This document shows, piece by piece, positions 35,301 through 50,300 of a stretch of DNA of 64,000 nucleotides. The first letter of the stretch is position 1, and each line of letters opens with the position of its first letter. The position numbers and the translations under genes are program-made. The notes beneath the pieces were generated by a model that saw only the letters and a program-made list of their open reading frames with translations, did not search any database and was not told the origin of the DNA. Origin of the DNA: Catajapyx aquilonaris (lineage: Eukaryota); assembly GCA_000934665.2 (NCBI GenBank), contig JYFJ02000329.1:1-64000 (forward strand), in the 5' to 3' direction.

Positions 35301-38300
35301 CAACTCTGTGGTTTGTATATGAACTCAATACTGAAATAACTACAGACGTGTGGGAAAAGACATCTTGTTCAACGTATTTATTGAACGAATCTGCGTACCG
35401 TAAAATAATATTGGTTTTTATCTACTTTCAAGACAGAAACTAACCTGGTATATGTTGTTGAATCCAGGATGATCCAGGTCGTGACAAATGCAAGAAGTGA
35501 TCAGGATGAGTGTGTCCAGGTCGCCAATCCTGTCTCGAAGATTGACGCACCACGCCATGCCGTACATCTGACAAGTGACAAAGAAACTTTCAAACATTGG
35601 CAATCTCCTCATTAAAGTTCCGGTTAATTAAAAACTTTTGAACGGAAGTCTCTCTCCTTCCCAACTCTTCACACATCAAAGGTTAAGGACTGGCTAGCTA
35701 CTAACTTATTAATGCGCATTTCGAACCGTGCTCCAACATTGTTTCCTCCTGGGAGAACCGGCCATAATTATCCCATCTCAAACACAATATTGCCGGGCCT
35801 ATTTCTGGGGAGGCCTCGCCCTAAATCAATCAAGCCCCAGCTTATTTTATACGGACCCCTGAGAGGGTCTCTGCATTTGTTCCTTTTCGTCTTAGGCAAT
35901 ACAGTCTCTATCTATATTTGAATTCGAAATCAATAAATTATCAGGCCTATCTGGCATAGATGCATAATGAAATAGGCAGCTGGGCAAATCCCGAGTGCAC
36001 AGTATGTTTAGATTTCTCTCAAAACCATTTGCATCCAAAGCATATAAGCATCAGACTGTTTATTTGCATGCTGGGATACTTGTGTCGTCGCAGAAACCGA
36101 TTTTTGATATATGATGCTTCAGGGATATAAGGAAATTGGAAGAGCTCATTTGGGAAGAAATTAATCAAAAATGCAGATTGCGGGCGGTTTGCTTGTAGAT
36201 TAGACGATAATGTTCATTTGGGATATGAAAATCGTGAAAATTGAAGGGCAACAGTTGGGCTGTCAATTTGTGAGAGTTGATAACACAACAGAGACTATAC
36301 TTTCTAGTTCACCCCATTTTCACCTTCTGGCTTTAATCAAAGTTATGAATGCAAAAAAAAACATTCATGTATTGATAATGTTACTTTCCAGCAAAAAAGC
36401 CTATGTATATTTTGTGAGATCGATTCTTGAAAGCGTCATCATGGTGCCAGCTGATTGTTTCTTTTTCCTCTCTGCCACACCCGCACCAAACTGTCGACTT
36501 AGCCTGCAGTCGTCACACTTTCACGTACAATTTCTTCCCCAACTCGCCATCCAATTTCCCCTAATGCACCAGGGAGTAATAATCCAATATTGATCAATCC
36601 TTCACAAAATTGTCTCCGTTTTTTTGTATTCATCTCTCCCACATGTTTCAACACCTCCAGTGTCCACCATGGTTTTCCATTCCAAGCCCTCCCTTCCATG
36701 GGCTGCAATTTTTGGTCCCGAAACAAGAGCCGATGCTCCAAGAGCCATTTTGGAAAGCCCCTCAAATTCGGTGGGCCTGCAGTGACGTGAGGCAACATAT
36801 TCCGGTTGCCGTGGAGACCGTCTGGCAAGTGACCTCCTCTTCAAAATGTCCGACACTTGACGCCGATTCGATTTCTGCTGGGTCTTTGCCGTTTTCCCCC
36901 TGCCCATTTCATAGAACGAGCTCAGAATTCGTCAGATGCGTCTAGAGACTCATAAAAAAAGGAACTTATTTTTAAACCCTCAACAATTCGCGATTTTAAG
37001 TTCCAAGTATAAAAAAAACGGTGTGAAATGCATACCAAAAAAAAAGTTCAGAATCTAGTTTTTATATGTGGTTTCAGCTAAAGCTGAAAAAGCTCCTGGA
37101 ATACGACACGCCCAACCAACTTCTTGAGATTGGTAAACTAATTATTTTTGGGAAAACGAGCAGCCGCCCTAATTATCATAGGACTGTTTCGCGAGCAGTT
37201 ATGCGGAATGTTTTAGGGGCAACGATTTCAGGGAGAGATGAGAAAAAAAGGGGCAATTGTGTATGGCAGAGCAGAGGGGGGGGGGGNNGGGGGGGAAACT
37301 GAAAATTGCCTTAGGAATCGTCAATTCGCAGTCTAATTTCGGTTCCTGCAAAATCTTATTCCGCTCCAGGCAATTCGGATAAAAAATTTGTCCCAGTGGA
37401 AGACTAAGTCTGGTTATAAACTAAACTTACAAACTTGCATTGATATATGAAATCATCCAAATTAATCACCAAGTGGTATAAAAATGGGACTAAAGCCGGA
37501 ATTAATGAGATTAAATCATGCAATCCATATTAAAATTGTATTATAATTAAAAATTGTATGCGCAAGGCCGGGCCCGGTCCGATTATTGTTGCCGCGACGA
37601 TTCCTGTTGGTCCGCGTTCTACGCATGCGCAATGGGTGGATGAACACCTCAGTCGTTAGCTGGAGAGCGTAGAGTACACATCGTCTCGTTATTGATAAAT
37701 CCTGTCATTTTGCGGAAATAAATCAAAGCTTTTCCTTCCTACACATTCTCATTGTTTCTCATTGATTACTCTAGAGAGTAGCACCAATATTGTTTTTAAC
37801 CCATAGCATTCATCCCCTGCCTTTGAACCGTCTCATTGTTCCTTCTACACATCCGCCCCCATTCTTTTTCTCTCTCACAAGTTCTCAAAGACCAGTTTAC
37901 AGACTCCATTTTAACACTCTTCCTAATCAATTTTCTCCCGATAAAGTTGGCCCCCCCCGGTTGTATTATTCGGTGCTCGGAAGGGCTCGAATGCCCGGAA
38001 AATCACCGCAGACAAATACCCCTTTTTGAGCAAGATCCGTTGAATTGTGCTAAAATAATCAACGTAGTAATCGAGTCTCTTCCTCACCACCAAACCTAAT
38101 TAAAGCCCGGGCTTGAAAGAGGAATGAATGTAATTCTTCTCGCGGATATAAGAGATTTGAAAGGTTCTATTTTCAGTAAGGGGGTGATATGCTATATAAG
38201 GCATCGCTCCCTGTAAGTGGATCTGTGTAGTCGTATACAGAACCAAGGGAGAATTGTGTTCTATATAAAACACTACTTGTAACGCTAATGAAATTAGCTG

Positions 38301-41300
38301 CGGACGCCATCAATATGCACTCAGCCGCTAAAGGAAGTTTGAGGAATGGAAGCTCTCAGGCAACATTACCTTGGGTTGGGGAGGAAGCAAAAACAATTAC
38401 CTTACCCACTTCAGCTTTACACACAGACCCTCCCCCACCACCACCACCAAAAATACTTTTTTTTGGGGGGGGGGAGGGGGAGAAGAACAATTCCGGCATT
38501 CCCCCCCTTAAAAAAAAAAAGAAGAGCTGGAGTAATTCAGTTACCATCTGAGCGACGCAGAAGCAGTGACGGAAGTTGTGGAAAGGCACGTCGTTGTAGT
38601 TTCGGTACACCTCGTAGAGGAACCGCCTTAATGTCCCCAACTCGATGTTGAACTTCTGGGGAAATTCGAACTCGAGGTACATCTGCTGCATTAGCAGAAG
38701 GATCTCTTCGTCTTCCCACTGCCAGTTGTCGAATGTCGGCATGCGGAGGTAATCACGGACTTCTTCGGACACGGAGACGTCGCTGGGGAAGGAGAAAGGA
38801 CACACTACAGTCACAGCCACATGACACCCAGAATGTACTTAACAAGTCATCAACTTCATGTCCCTTGATAAAATACATGTCGTTTTATGTCCAACCATAT
38901 GCGTCATGTAGTTGTACAGTGCAGTGCAGCAGTGCTCAAGTTACTGTAATGCGACAGGAAGTTCTATTCGCTTGGGAGAGCAGCCTGTTCAAGACAGAAG
39001 AGACAGGTAGATGTATAGCACACAAAGAACTCTCTTTACAGTTATAACTACTGCGTCACTACGGAAAATAAATATTCGGAGCCAAATCCACCAGAGATTC
39101 AGAAAAATAAATTGTCAAGGACATCATTTTCCAACAATCCACCTCAGAGTTCAATTTCTACACAGAAGTATACACCGTCTTTCACCAGATTTCCCTGCTT
39201 TAGCATCAAAACATGGGTTTGTAGAGTGCTTCAACCAGCAATTATCAAAACAACCTGATGTAAACCAAACAGTGCACGCACTAAAACACCAACTCGACTG
39301 CTGGACGGATATTGAGTTTGCAGGCAGAAATTCTGGATATACGTCCACGGTCCGGGCTTTTTGTTTATTTTCGGACCAGCTCCGTGCGTAAACCCAATTT
39401 GAAGCATCAAAACTGACCAGAAACATATCCTTTTTTCTCTGAAAGCCCCACAGTATGACCAATATCCGGCCCTCGTCCCGTTGCGTCCATCTGACCTTTT
39501 CTCCGAAGCCATATCCCTGCTGCCGGAGTAATATTCCGGAAAAACTTTCTCCCAATCCACAATTCCAAAAGAAGCCTTGCATCGAAGGGAATGAAAAAAA
39601 TAATAAACCTGAGATTAAACTCGGCAATAACTTAATGGCCACAAAACCCTGCTCCACATACTTTTTTTTTTGCTCCCTGAGCTCCTTCTTGCAATTGCTT
39701 TATGGTGTCCTGTCTGAGATAATACGGGTCGCAAGTGGAGCAATCAATCCTCTCCCAGTGAAACAATATCGCATACTTATGCTGCTTAATGAATGGACGT
39801 GAATTAAACAGGCAGTGTTAATATTTAATGTCAGTGGGTGTGCGCTGCCCATCTCATTATCCGTGTGAGAGACGTCAGCTTTAATCAAAATGTGGCACAT
39901 AGTTTGCTGCTGGCAGAATTATGGCATGTACAAATACGATGCGTGTTTCAGGAGTAAGCTCACATCCGTATATTATGTATGTAAAATTCTAGAGGAAGTT
40001 CCACTCGCCTTCTTCAGCAGGATCTTGTAATTATATTTATTTAGCAGGCCATAATACCGGATATGTCTGTGAGTTCATTATTTGCATATAGAATGCACAA
40101 AATGGATGTCAGTTATGGGAGCGGTGTTCCAATAACGACCCTTCCAATATGCCAAAAACATCTCAAATACAGAGAGTCTGAGAGTTTTAGTCACGCTGAG
40201 TTTGCGGGATTGGATTTAAAGAGAAATAGCTGGAGACAAGAGTTTACGCAATATCCTACTTACATTTTCCTTTTCCAGGTTACCCAAACCTTTCTATAGA
40301 TCTGCCCACACGGAATTTCAGAAGCCTTTGGTCTGGTCTGCTAAACCTAGATTGGCAAATACTGAATTTTGTGAAATGTTTTCTGGAGTATTACATTACA
40401 AGGGCATACACGAGAGCAAAACAGCGTTACGTAACTTCTGGAAGACCCAAACTGCCGTCTTTAAATCTTCAGACATATAGCAGCTCCATTACAGTACCAG
40501 GTGTAAAATTCAAGTCTTCGCGACCCACACCTGCTTCCCATCAGAGCTAATCTCGTCTAGGAAGCTGTAAAATGCTCAACAACCCGCATAAGTAATTTGC
40601 GGACTTGCCCTGTCGCCTCCCTCATTACCTATTTGCCAGCTACTTTGGTAGGCCATTACTCACCAAAACTGATGACTTTCCTCACTTCCACACGCCAACC
40701 CAAGAGGTCAGACACTTGTTTCATATTAATCATCTCGTATCACATACACGGTAACAATAGGTGAATAGTAATAATAATAATCATCATCATCTTTCCTTTC
40801 ACTTACAAAATTAACACTGTACTTTTTCTGACATTTTTGACAAAAGTTAAGAGAGAAAAATTTAATTAGGGCTGGTAGTTTGATTTCAATGTATCATCCT
40901 GAAAAACTAATATTCCGCCTGAAGATCACAAAGTAGTATAGTCTGTATTTTAAAAAACTGTTACGATTATCTCTGTACAGCACATCAGTGGTATCATATA
41001 TCACTCAACTCCACATCGAGTGTATATATAAGGTGAAACTAGAGTGGCTTCTCTAAATTACGATGCATCCTAGATTTCAGGGAACAAAACTGACTTTCAG
41101 GCTTCACATCCGGAGGAGAAATCCTACGCAGTTTCCTTTGTAGTCGGCGTCTCGTTTCCCTCAAGTCAGAAGACTATTTTCTTTCCCATTTACAGGTCTC
41201 TCTAATGATAGCTTCCGGTGGTAGAAATTACGCTCCAGTTAATCAAGCCAGGAAGACAGCCCCAGGCACCACACCACACAAAACCCCAAGCTTTCGACGG

Positions 41301-44300
41301 ACGCCAAAAAATTGGAATTTAGAAATACATAAGGGTATAATCAATTTGAAATCCAACCACAAGCTGTACGTTACCTTTTTTGACGCTTAACCGAATTACT
41401 GATTCCTACTCCACTCCAAAAATTTGCCATCGTCCAAACACATGCTGCTGTCTCCTGAATGAGCAGTTTGATTGGCGCGCTCATAGAGAAGTCAATCAAC
41501 AGCATTCTATACATTTTTTTTGTATTCTATCACCCGCCTATTGGCCTACTCCTGGCCTGAATGGCCCCCCATCATGTCACATCTGAAATGATGAACCGAC
41601 ATCAGGGCGAGGGGGAATAATCAAACGCATCCAATCCCGTCTAATGGCTTCCGGAGTTTTAGTTACATGCCAACAGAGGGTAAGGTTGCGTGTCGTTGAC
41701 CCAACATTTCATTACTGATGGAACCCAACTCAGAGGGCTTTAATCGGATAACTTTGGACTTAGACCTCAAAGTGCATGAACTCTGTAGTCTCACTTGGTA
41801 AAACTGCCATCGACTATCCACATAGTACAGCATCTATCACATAGATGGCACACCTCCCCGGACAAACAGTCACAATCGGATTATCCGTTTCTCCAAAAGC
41901 TCACCTGATTTTGGAAAACTGTTCCATGACTCTCTTCTGCTCCTGATCGCTCTTCCTCCTGTAGAGCATGCGATGAGACGATCGACCATCTTTGCACGGC
42001 GACGAGTGGAGGTCCTTGTAGAAACCTGATGATGGGAGAGAGCAGCAATTTGCATATTAGTGGGGTTATGAAATTTCTAGATCCCAGATGTAACGATGTT
42101 GATGCCAAACACGTCCAGAGATTCCAAGTGCAAAGTACACAGCGTCAAGGGCCGTTCAGAAGCACAAGTAGACTCGAGAGACCGGGGAGAGTATCGTTAT
42201 GCCTCAAATTATGCCTACATTCCTGCACGGATTGCACTCAGTTATTAATATGCACAATTATTGCCTCCAAAATTGCGGTCCTTTCACAGGTATGTATACA
42301 TAGCTCCACATGCTGCAAAATATTTTAATAAAGTCAGAAATATGATCATACATTAGAGTGTACTAGCCTTGCGAAATGAAGCACTTGTTCGTACTTGTAG
42401 GAAGTAAACATGTCATTTTCACGTGAATTCTGTTTATGATGCTACAGTAGGTGATGAATATTTATTATCACGATGCACAAGGATTAATAACATAAGCACG
42501 TGTGCGACAGGATAGTGGAACGTGATAGGTAGGGTAATCAAAAGAGGTGATCGAATCCCTCCTCGACTTTGGCTTATCAGAATTGTGCCCGAGGGTGTCG
42601 TTACGCAGGTAATTTTTTTGCTACTTGAGTTCGAGCAAGCACAAAAAAGCCCGTGGATATACCAGTTACAATAGGATATAATGTCATGAAAAATTTCTCG
42701 ATAGTTCCACTTCACTTTCATCTATTTACTGTTCCTTTCAGCTTTTTAAAAATCCTGTTATATTACTAAAATGCAACCAATACAATAGAAAACATGCATG
42801 ACTAATTATGTTATCATTAACATTCTGCTATTCTCCGGCCTTCACCTTTTCATAAAATACTGTAGGCCTACATGTACTTGACGAACTACATCCTACAACA
42901 ATTCAGCCTTTGTATCGCGAAACCTAAAGTCGCGAATCCCTTCTGCTAGCTCGCATTGTCATAAGCCTATTAATTTTCCCCTCTTTAAAAAAAACCACGC
43001 TATTCGTTCAGCAGCTTTGAATATGACCTATATCAACTCTTTGAAATGAAATACACACCAAAGTACTGCATGTAGCATACATGTTGCAATTTCGTTCAGT
43101 TTCGTCTGTCATGACATGTTGCATAGAAATCATAAGAAAAGTATGACAAATGGGTTGCATCATGCAAGGATTAAAAGTGACTCAAATGGAATTTGAAGTG
43201 TCCATTACTCACCTAACCAACTGAGATGCTCCGCACTCTCCAGTTTATCCCTGAAGCTGTCCACTTGACCCTTCAGCTCCTTCATGGCCTCTGGAAGCTC
43301 CCCGTAGTCAACGCACACCATACGCTCTAATTTCGACACCCTTACGTGGGGGAAAAAGAGAGAGAAAACCAGAAAGTAGATCAAGCAAGGGCCCAACGAA
43401 TCCCATTTACACACTTCATCATCGTCCCTTTTATTCTGGGTGGTAGGTACACATTATGGCCCAGGTCGCCTGAACCCTTCGGGAATAGGAGTAATCAATT
43501 AGTAGAGGGTGTCCCTGGAGGCTGGACCCTTTTTTTAAAAAAGCAGGACACAATAAACCGGGCCTATACAGCATACATCACACCCACTATCCCGAAAATC
43601 AAGTAAACCCCCGGTACTTAATGAGATACCGGGACGTGTGTAGCTGGTGCTAAACACAACCCCTCGCCAAATTAACAGCCAGACAAAAAAAAAGTCGGGG
43701 TGGGTTATATTTTTCGCTTCATTTGCAACATTACACTGCAAATGTTGCGTTTGGAAGCCCTCTTTTGCAGGAGGTAATTGTGACAAAAGTAGGCTACAGG
43801 CTGACATATGTAACCAACTTGTTAAGCAATGTCATCACCAATGGGATTCAATTAGGTTCGTCAGCATCGCCACAAAATCGTTTCAATTCGCTCACAACCA
43901 GCTCCATTTCACATCCATTTGTGGATCATCCAGAAGAATGGCACAAATGCAAAAATTCAATAGTGTTGAGCTATAGCCTACTGCATTGTGGGGTGGTTTC
44001 AAGTCATCCTTGCACATACGGAACTGGTACAACACTGCTCTACCATTGCATATCAGTCAGGATGAGAAGTCGAGCCATGATGCGAATGGTTCAGAAATTG
44101 AACTGGCGGTACATTTTGTACTCTGGGATGAGTCTGATGAAGTCCCTTTTTCATTCCGGCCCTTTTTCGATTTGGAGAGCGGAAATGGAGCAAAGCTTCT
44201 GACTATACAATTTGCTCTTAGATGTAAAAGAGAAAGGTTTATTATTCATACCCTGCGCTGCTGGAGGAAAGGAATCACGTTACCAGATCAAAAACAAGTC

Positions 44301-47300
44301 AAATCCTCTCCGATTAAGCACTTTTTTCCAGCTTTCATGATGCACCGAATCAGATCCCGGATGAGAACCTGGGCTGTATATCATACACACGCAATCTCTG
44401 TTGTTTTTTTCTCTTAGTTCTTAATGAGAAAAGTTTTCCGAAACGAGAACTTCCCACGAGATTCTTCTTCGTCTGCTGATGTTTAGGTAGTTTGTAATAC
44501 AGAGACAAAATTGGATCAGTTCGCCGCACAAAGTATAGAAGGGAATTAGATTTCTCGCAATAATAACCTGCAAACAAAGACAGTCTTCACTATCATATTT
44601 CATGCTGCAGTGCTTTATAACGTTACCAACTAACCATGTAATGTTGTCTTCTCACCAAATTCAGCAGTAAACTTCCGGATTATCTTTGTTAGTACGTTGT
44701 AACACATGTACTATATAAATGGAAACAGCAGGCAGCAGGCAGGCAGACTAATCCCGAGTGTATTAGAATGTAGGCGTCACTTTACCAAATACAGCCTTCA
44801 GATTTCAATTATCAGAAGAACGTAATTACGCACTTACACGTAATGAAACGAGGCGGCAATTTCCTAATGGGAAAGATTCAGTTGCATAGCTTGGTATAAA
44901 GCTTAGTACCTTAAATTCTCCCTAATTAACATTATATTCCAGCGACAAACAGGCCACAGAAATGACCTTCTTACACAGCCGTACGGGTCATGTTGCAGCA
45001 AGCTCTATATCAACCTTCGTTCATTTTTAAAGGTGTACCTATGGGTCTTCTCAGCAGCCTTAGCCTCCCCCGTAAATGTCTCGGAAAGTCTCTGTAATGG
45101 AGTTTCTCTGTTTTATGTCTGAGCTGGAGGCGCAAATAATAACCGCCTAGGGAAGGATGAGAATTCGTGCTGACGTGCCAAAGTCCCCCATTGACAATTG
45201 CAGCAAGTAAAGGTGGCCGTTAATTAATTACCGGCCATCTCAGGAGGACCACTCCGGGTCTAGAATGCCACTGGCTTGAAGAAGAAAAAAACCAGTGGTC
45301 GATAAAAGCAAGCAAAGACTCCCGGATTTTAGAAAGCCGCACAAATCCCTGGGTAAAAAAAATAAACAGGGTGGCCCGCAATTTATACCACGTTATGGCC
45401 CCACATAAAAATGTGCAGAGAGTCCTGGATTATACGCTGGACCCTGAACTGGTCAGTTCTTTGACGAGCAACAGCTCATAATATTCGAATGGCCAATCAA
45501 AACGGAAAAAAAACTGGAGGCTAAATTAAGGCAAGCGACGTTCACTTAATTCAGTTACCTCCGTCAAACTTCAGTGACAATACATTCTGACATTAATAGA
45601 AGTTGCCAAATAAATCCATGACTTGTAATGATGGCGAATGTGAATTTACTGCTCTTAATGTAAGAAGTTGATTTCGCAATTACTCTATATGAATTAATGT
45701 AAAGTCATAATGCTTTAACAATAAGCCAATTAGCAGTTCCTCTGAACATGTCCATACGTGGAAATCTCAGACAACGCCGTGCAAGGAAATCGCCGATTAC
45801 TTTTTAAGAAGCAATAATTACACTACTCCCAGGTAGAACAGCCCGTAATTTCACCATTCAGAATAAAAAAGTGGCGCCATAGCATTGCGAACCACCCTGT
45901 CTGCAGTCGACTAATACCGAAACCGTTGGAAAAACCCAGTCCAATTAAGCTAATGGCTGACAAAACACTTGGCGTCGCCCTCTTTTTTTTGCGATGCAAT
46001 ATTCAAAACCTTCCTCACAATTTCTTCAACCTTCCGAGACGGAAGATGAAACCAGGCGACGCTTTCCTATATAGTCCCTGATCCTAATCGATACTTGGCT
46101 GCATAAGCCTCAGATTACCTCCAGGCTTGAACGTCACCTTGTTCGCAAATGATCGCCAATTTCAGGCTACACCCCTGGAAAAACAAGGAAAAGCCGCTGG
46201 ATTGGCTCAACTTCTCACTCTATACCTGCGGTTCCGAAACCTATTTGGTCCAGATTTTTTTTCCTATACTTTTTTTTGAGGTTTGCAGTTTGGATCACCG
46301 TTAAAAGCATGCTGAGATCCCATCCACGGATTTTCCTATATCCAGCACTCATCAAACTTCTCGATGCAACAGGTTGTACTCAAGAGCCGCTCTCTCCCTC
46401 TGGAGAGAGGTCTGGAAATGGCGGACGGGTTATAACCGCAAGAATCCGTGCAATTTAAATCCGGCTTCCTTGCCAACGGCACTTTTGCACCTATCGGATT
46501 AGGGCTCTTCGGGTTATTACTTGGGCGACTGGAGGATCAAATTATGCTCGTTTCGACGGCGACATCCAGATCTGGGAGATCTGACGAATATGGAAAATCT
46601 CTGCCAGAGTTGGTGATTGGCTTCGTCACCTGCCAATCCGGGGACACAGTTCTGGATAAAGTGGTGGGAAAAGTATTTGAAAAAAATGTGTCTAAGCTCA
46701 TCAGTTTGAAGAAAAAAAAATCATTATAATTGTGCTAGTTGCTTATATTACATAGTACATAGATGTATTCATAGATTTCTATACGTCATCGTCAAACCAG
46801 ATCTGCGAGATGCGATTTACTCAGCATAAATATGCAAAATTTCATAGGTTGGTAGTACTTCATGTTTGGAGAACTGATTTCATGCTAGCTTTTCATGCAT
46901 TATGTAAATAACTTGGTAACAAAACAAAGCATGCTACATTACATATTTATAAACTTGTTGCACCAACAAGCTTCAAGCAGTGATTTTTTATAAAAAGTTT
47001 AAAAAATTAGGTATAACGAATTACAATCTCATCACTGGAAATTTAACAGCTGCTATATCATAGCTAATATAGTCCTGTGTCCAACTTAATATGCAACATA
47101 TGATGTACTTGTATTATTATCATGAATAAAGTAAACAGATAAATTAACCTCTATAAACTTTCCGAACAGGTAACAGGTGCGCAATAAGTATATGCTCAAA
47201 TATGTAAATCTCGCATTGCAAGAACATTATCACCCACATAAATGCCCCATTCTTTTAAAAGCCGCTTAATCACATTACGGTGCAATATCACACTGTAATA

Positions 47301-50300
47301 CGCGGTACTACTAGCTGTTAATTTTCACAAATTACATATTACAAAATAATCACAAAGTCCCATTTCTTAATCAACACTATCCCTCTATAATAACTTCACA
47401 ACGTGACCACTAATAATAGCCAAGTGCCAACAGCTCCCTTCAAGACAAGAAAGTAACTAAACCCAACAGCCAAGTGCTTCCATCCTGCACGGAACAACCC
47501 AATATAAATTGCCTGGTAAGTTTGTATCCCACCAGAGTCCTTAGGGAGATGCTGATTTGCCGCGAATGTTGCTCCGAAAATCGTGATCGGAAACCCCAAA
47601 AAGCCTGGCCGACAACGCAGCTGTTCCCTTACCCTTTCCGATCACGATCTTAATATTTCGGAACACCATTTTCGCACTTGGACCAGCCGCACTACTTTCG
47701 GCCCAGGAGGGAATGGGAATGAAACTGAAGTTGAGCCAATTGCAGGTGGGGACTATTATATACAGCCAGGGTGAGGGAGATAGCACAGCAGGGTTGATGA
47801 GAGATATCTCTCGCTTCATTTTACGAGCAGCGATAAGGGACGCATCAACCGAGCCACGTCAAAGCCACCGAAAAGCAATCTAAAGCCTTTGTGCAGCTCG
47901 CGCAAGATCCAAAGTATAGCTATAGGTGGAACAGAGCACGAAAATTTTAGTGAAATCCTCCTGCTTTTGGTCGTGTTCAATAATTACTGGGGCATAGTTG
48001 GGTGGTTACTATCACTCGATCCTATAGGAAACATCTGAACTTTCCTATCTTTTGAACAGTGTTGCTGCGGATCATCTTTCCAAGAGACATTCGAAACATA
48101 TTGGAATACCGACACCCTGTGAACTCCTAGATTTCAATGCAGTCCACACCGGCCATTCGGTTCGTTGCTTTCCAGCAGAATACAATCTCCTAATTGTACT
48201 CTAGAACAGTGTTGGAGGAAAATTCAGCAAACAGTTTTAAGTATCCTGTAGGAATTTCGATTTGCAACTCTGCTTCTGGTTTTCGTCTACGAATGCTTCT
48301 CCTGAGAGATCATCGATCATTCAAAGCGGAAAAGCACTTTCAAAGGATAAGTTGCGAAACACGTTAGCAGAGAAGGGCCATATAGAAGGAGGCATTTTAA
48401 AGCATCAAGCAGCAATCTGTTGTGCAGAACAAATGTTGCGGCGAATTTTGCAAATGGAAGAGGTTCATTTGTGGTCGCCTGCAGCCTACTTTTTTTTCTG
48501 GAGAGCAGTCTATAGTTCAAGCAAAACCTCTCATAAACACCACGAAAATTTCCCCATCAATTTCTCATACTGTTTCCTTCCATCCACTTCTGCTGAATCG
48601 ATTACCCAACTTGAGAAAACAAAAGGTGCTCCTCAATTTGCAAGGAATAGACAAGAGACAAAAAGCTTTCTTACCTTTCTTCCAACGCCAGCAAATCTGA
48701 TCCCACTTGGTCCACAATCATCCCTGCAAGAAGAAAAGACAAAAGCGGTACTTCGACAGTGACAAAAAACAATCGCTCGACTCGTTAGCTCTCCGAATAA
48801 TACAACAAGGTTGTGTTTATTCGGTGACGGTGCTACAGCTTCGGCAGTGACTTGCGATAATGACATTAGGCGAGCTTTCCCTCCTTGCTTCCCAATTAAT
48901 AACAAACGATAATGTCGTTTCCTTTGCTATTAACAATGCCATGACTTTTATCACTCTAGCCCCTCCAACGTCGCTCCAGTTTGTCGCGCTGTAATTTATT
49001 TAAAGTGCAACTGACGCTTTGTCGATGGGGTAACGAAGAGGATGAGAATTACTGGCTGCTAGACCAAAGGGTACGTTTACATCATAAAGATGGATAGGAT
49101 GTGACACAGGCGTTTACGCTATAGTCTGTAGTTGAGTCGTCGATGTCCCTAAAGGAAAGTATTATGTCCACAAAAATCACTTAAAGTGAGAGTGAATATC
49201 CATCCCTTGGAGGGATTGCACATCCACAGCAGAAAGTCTCTAATGCCATCTCGCTGATTACCCGACGGACCACGAAGGATTTCTTTGACCTATCACAACG
49301 GTCGTGGATAGATTGATTGGGTAATTAGAGAGCTGATGTTAAACCCATGTTTCGATCCGTGCTTAAAGTCTTACCGCACTTTCCTAAGTGGTGTATTTAT
49401 TATATATCTTATTGTAAGTAAAGGTTGTTCAGTGTTCACATTGCTTATCCACAATCAGTCATACCCGTAGGCTATGAGAGCTAGAAGAAGTTACAAACTC
49501 ACAATATATACAATGGTGGCAAAGTTTGAGTAAAGTTTGATGGATTTTGCAATTTACAGTACAGTATACGTTGTCCTATCTAAATAAAGTGACGGCTTCG
49601 GGATGTTCATTTTGAATTACCTTTTTTAAAACCTCCAGCCCTTCCTCAACATGTACAGTGCGAAATCCAGCCAAGTAACATGCAGAGAAAAAGCTGGATT
49701 TTAATATCTGCATCTCATTTTGGATATACGAAATTTGGTTTTTCCTCCATAAGAGCTTTCAAATATTTTTAACGGACTTTGCATAATGATGCCCTCAGCT
49801 AATGCAAACTTTTCCATTTAGATATGCATGATGTTGCAGTATTACAATATATCAGCAGTACCGTGTATTATAATAATGAGCATAAGGCCACGTTAAAACC
49901 GGATTTTTTTGTTATAGGTTGATTGATGCAAATCTCTCTACTTATAACCAAACCTCATATTGCTTTCAGTGTTATGCAGTAATTAAAACACGGATTTGTG
50001 AACATTATCCGATAACAAAATTTCGTCGTTTCGTCAAACGTTACGGAGCATATCATGTTTTAACTACAGCACAGGTATACTGCTCACATCGATTGCCATG
50101 GCAAATGTACCTGAAGAATGAGAGTGCGCACAATTCAGCTAAAATTAGACCGCCTGATATTGTCTTCGTGGCGATTGTAGGCCGCTGTCGGGGTTCAGTA
50201 ATCGTGTTTACACCCACTCTCGTGCTTCACAACCATAAAAAGTTCGGGCCATCTGATAAAAATGCATGCGCATCGGGGGCTGGATAATACAACGTCCATC

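Noticed and set aside
36499..36945. Overlapping ORFs of about 100 aa in a PDE9 intron, as a nested gene or extra exon
   Set aside because: No recognisable domain, and the flanking exons join seamlessly (CVAQM|MYGM).
21184..37296. Poly-C and poly-G tracts containing N (about 21184-21206 and 37276-37296)
   Set aside because: Homopolymer lengths are unreliable in the assembly and there is no evidence of function.
39231..39560. ORF beginning [10 protein letters not shown], faintly like the METTL1/Trm8 N-terminus
   Set aside because: No following DIGCGYGG SAM-binding motif; likely chance.
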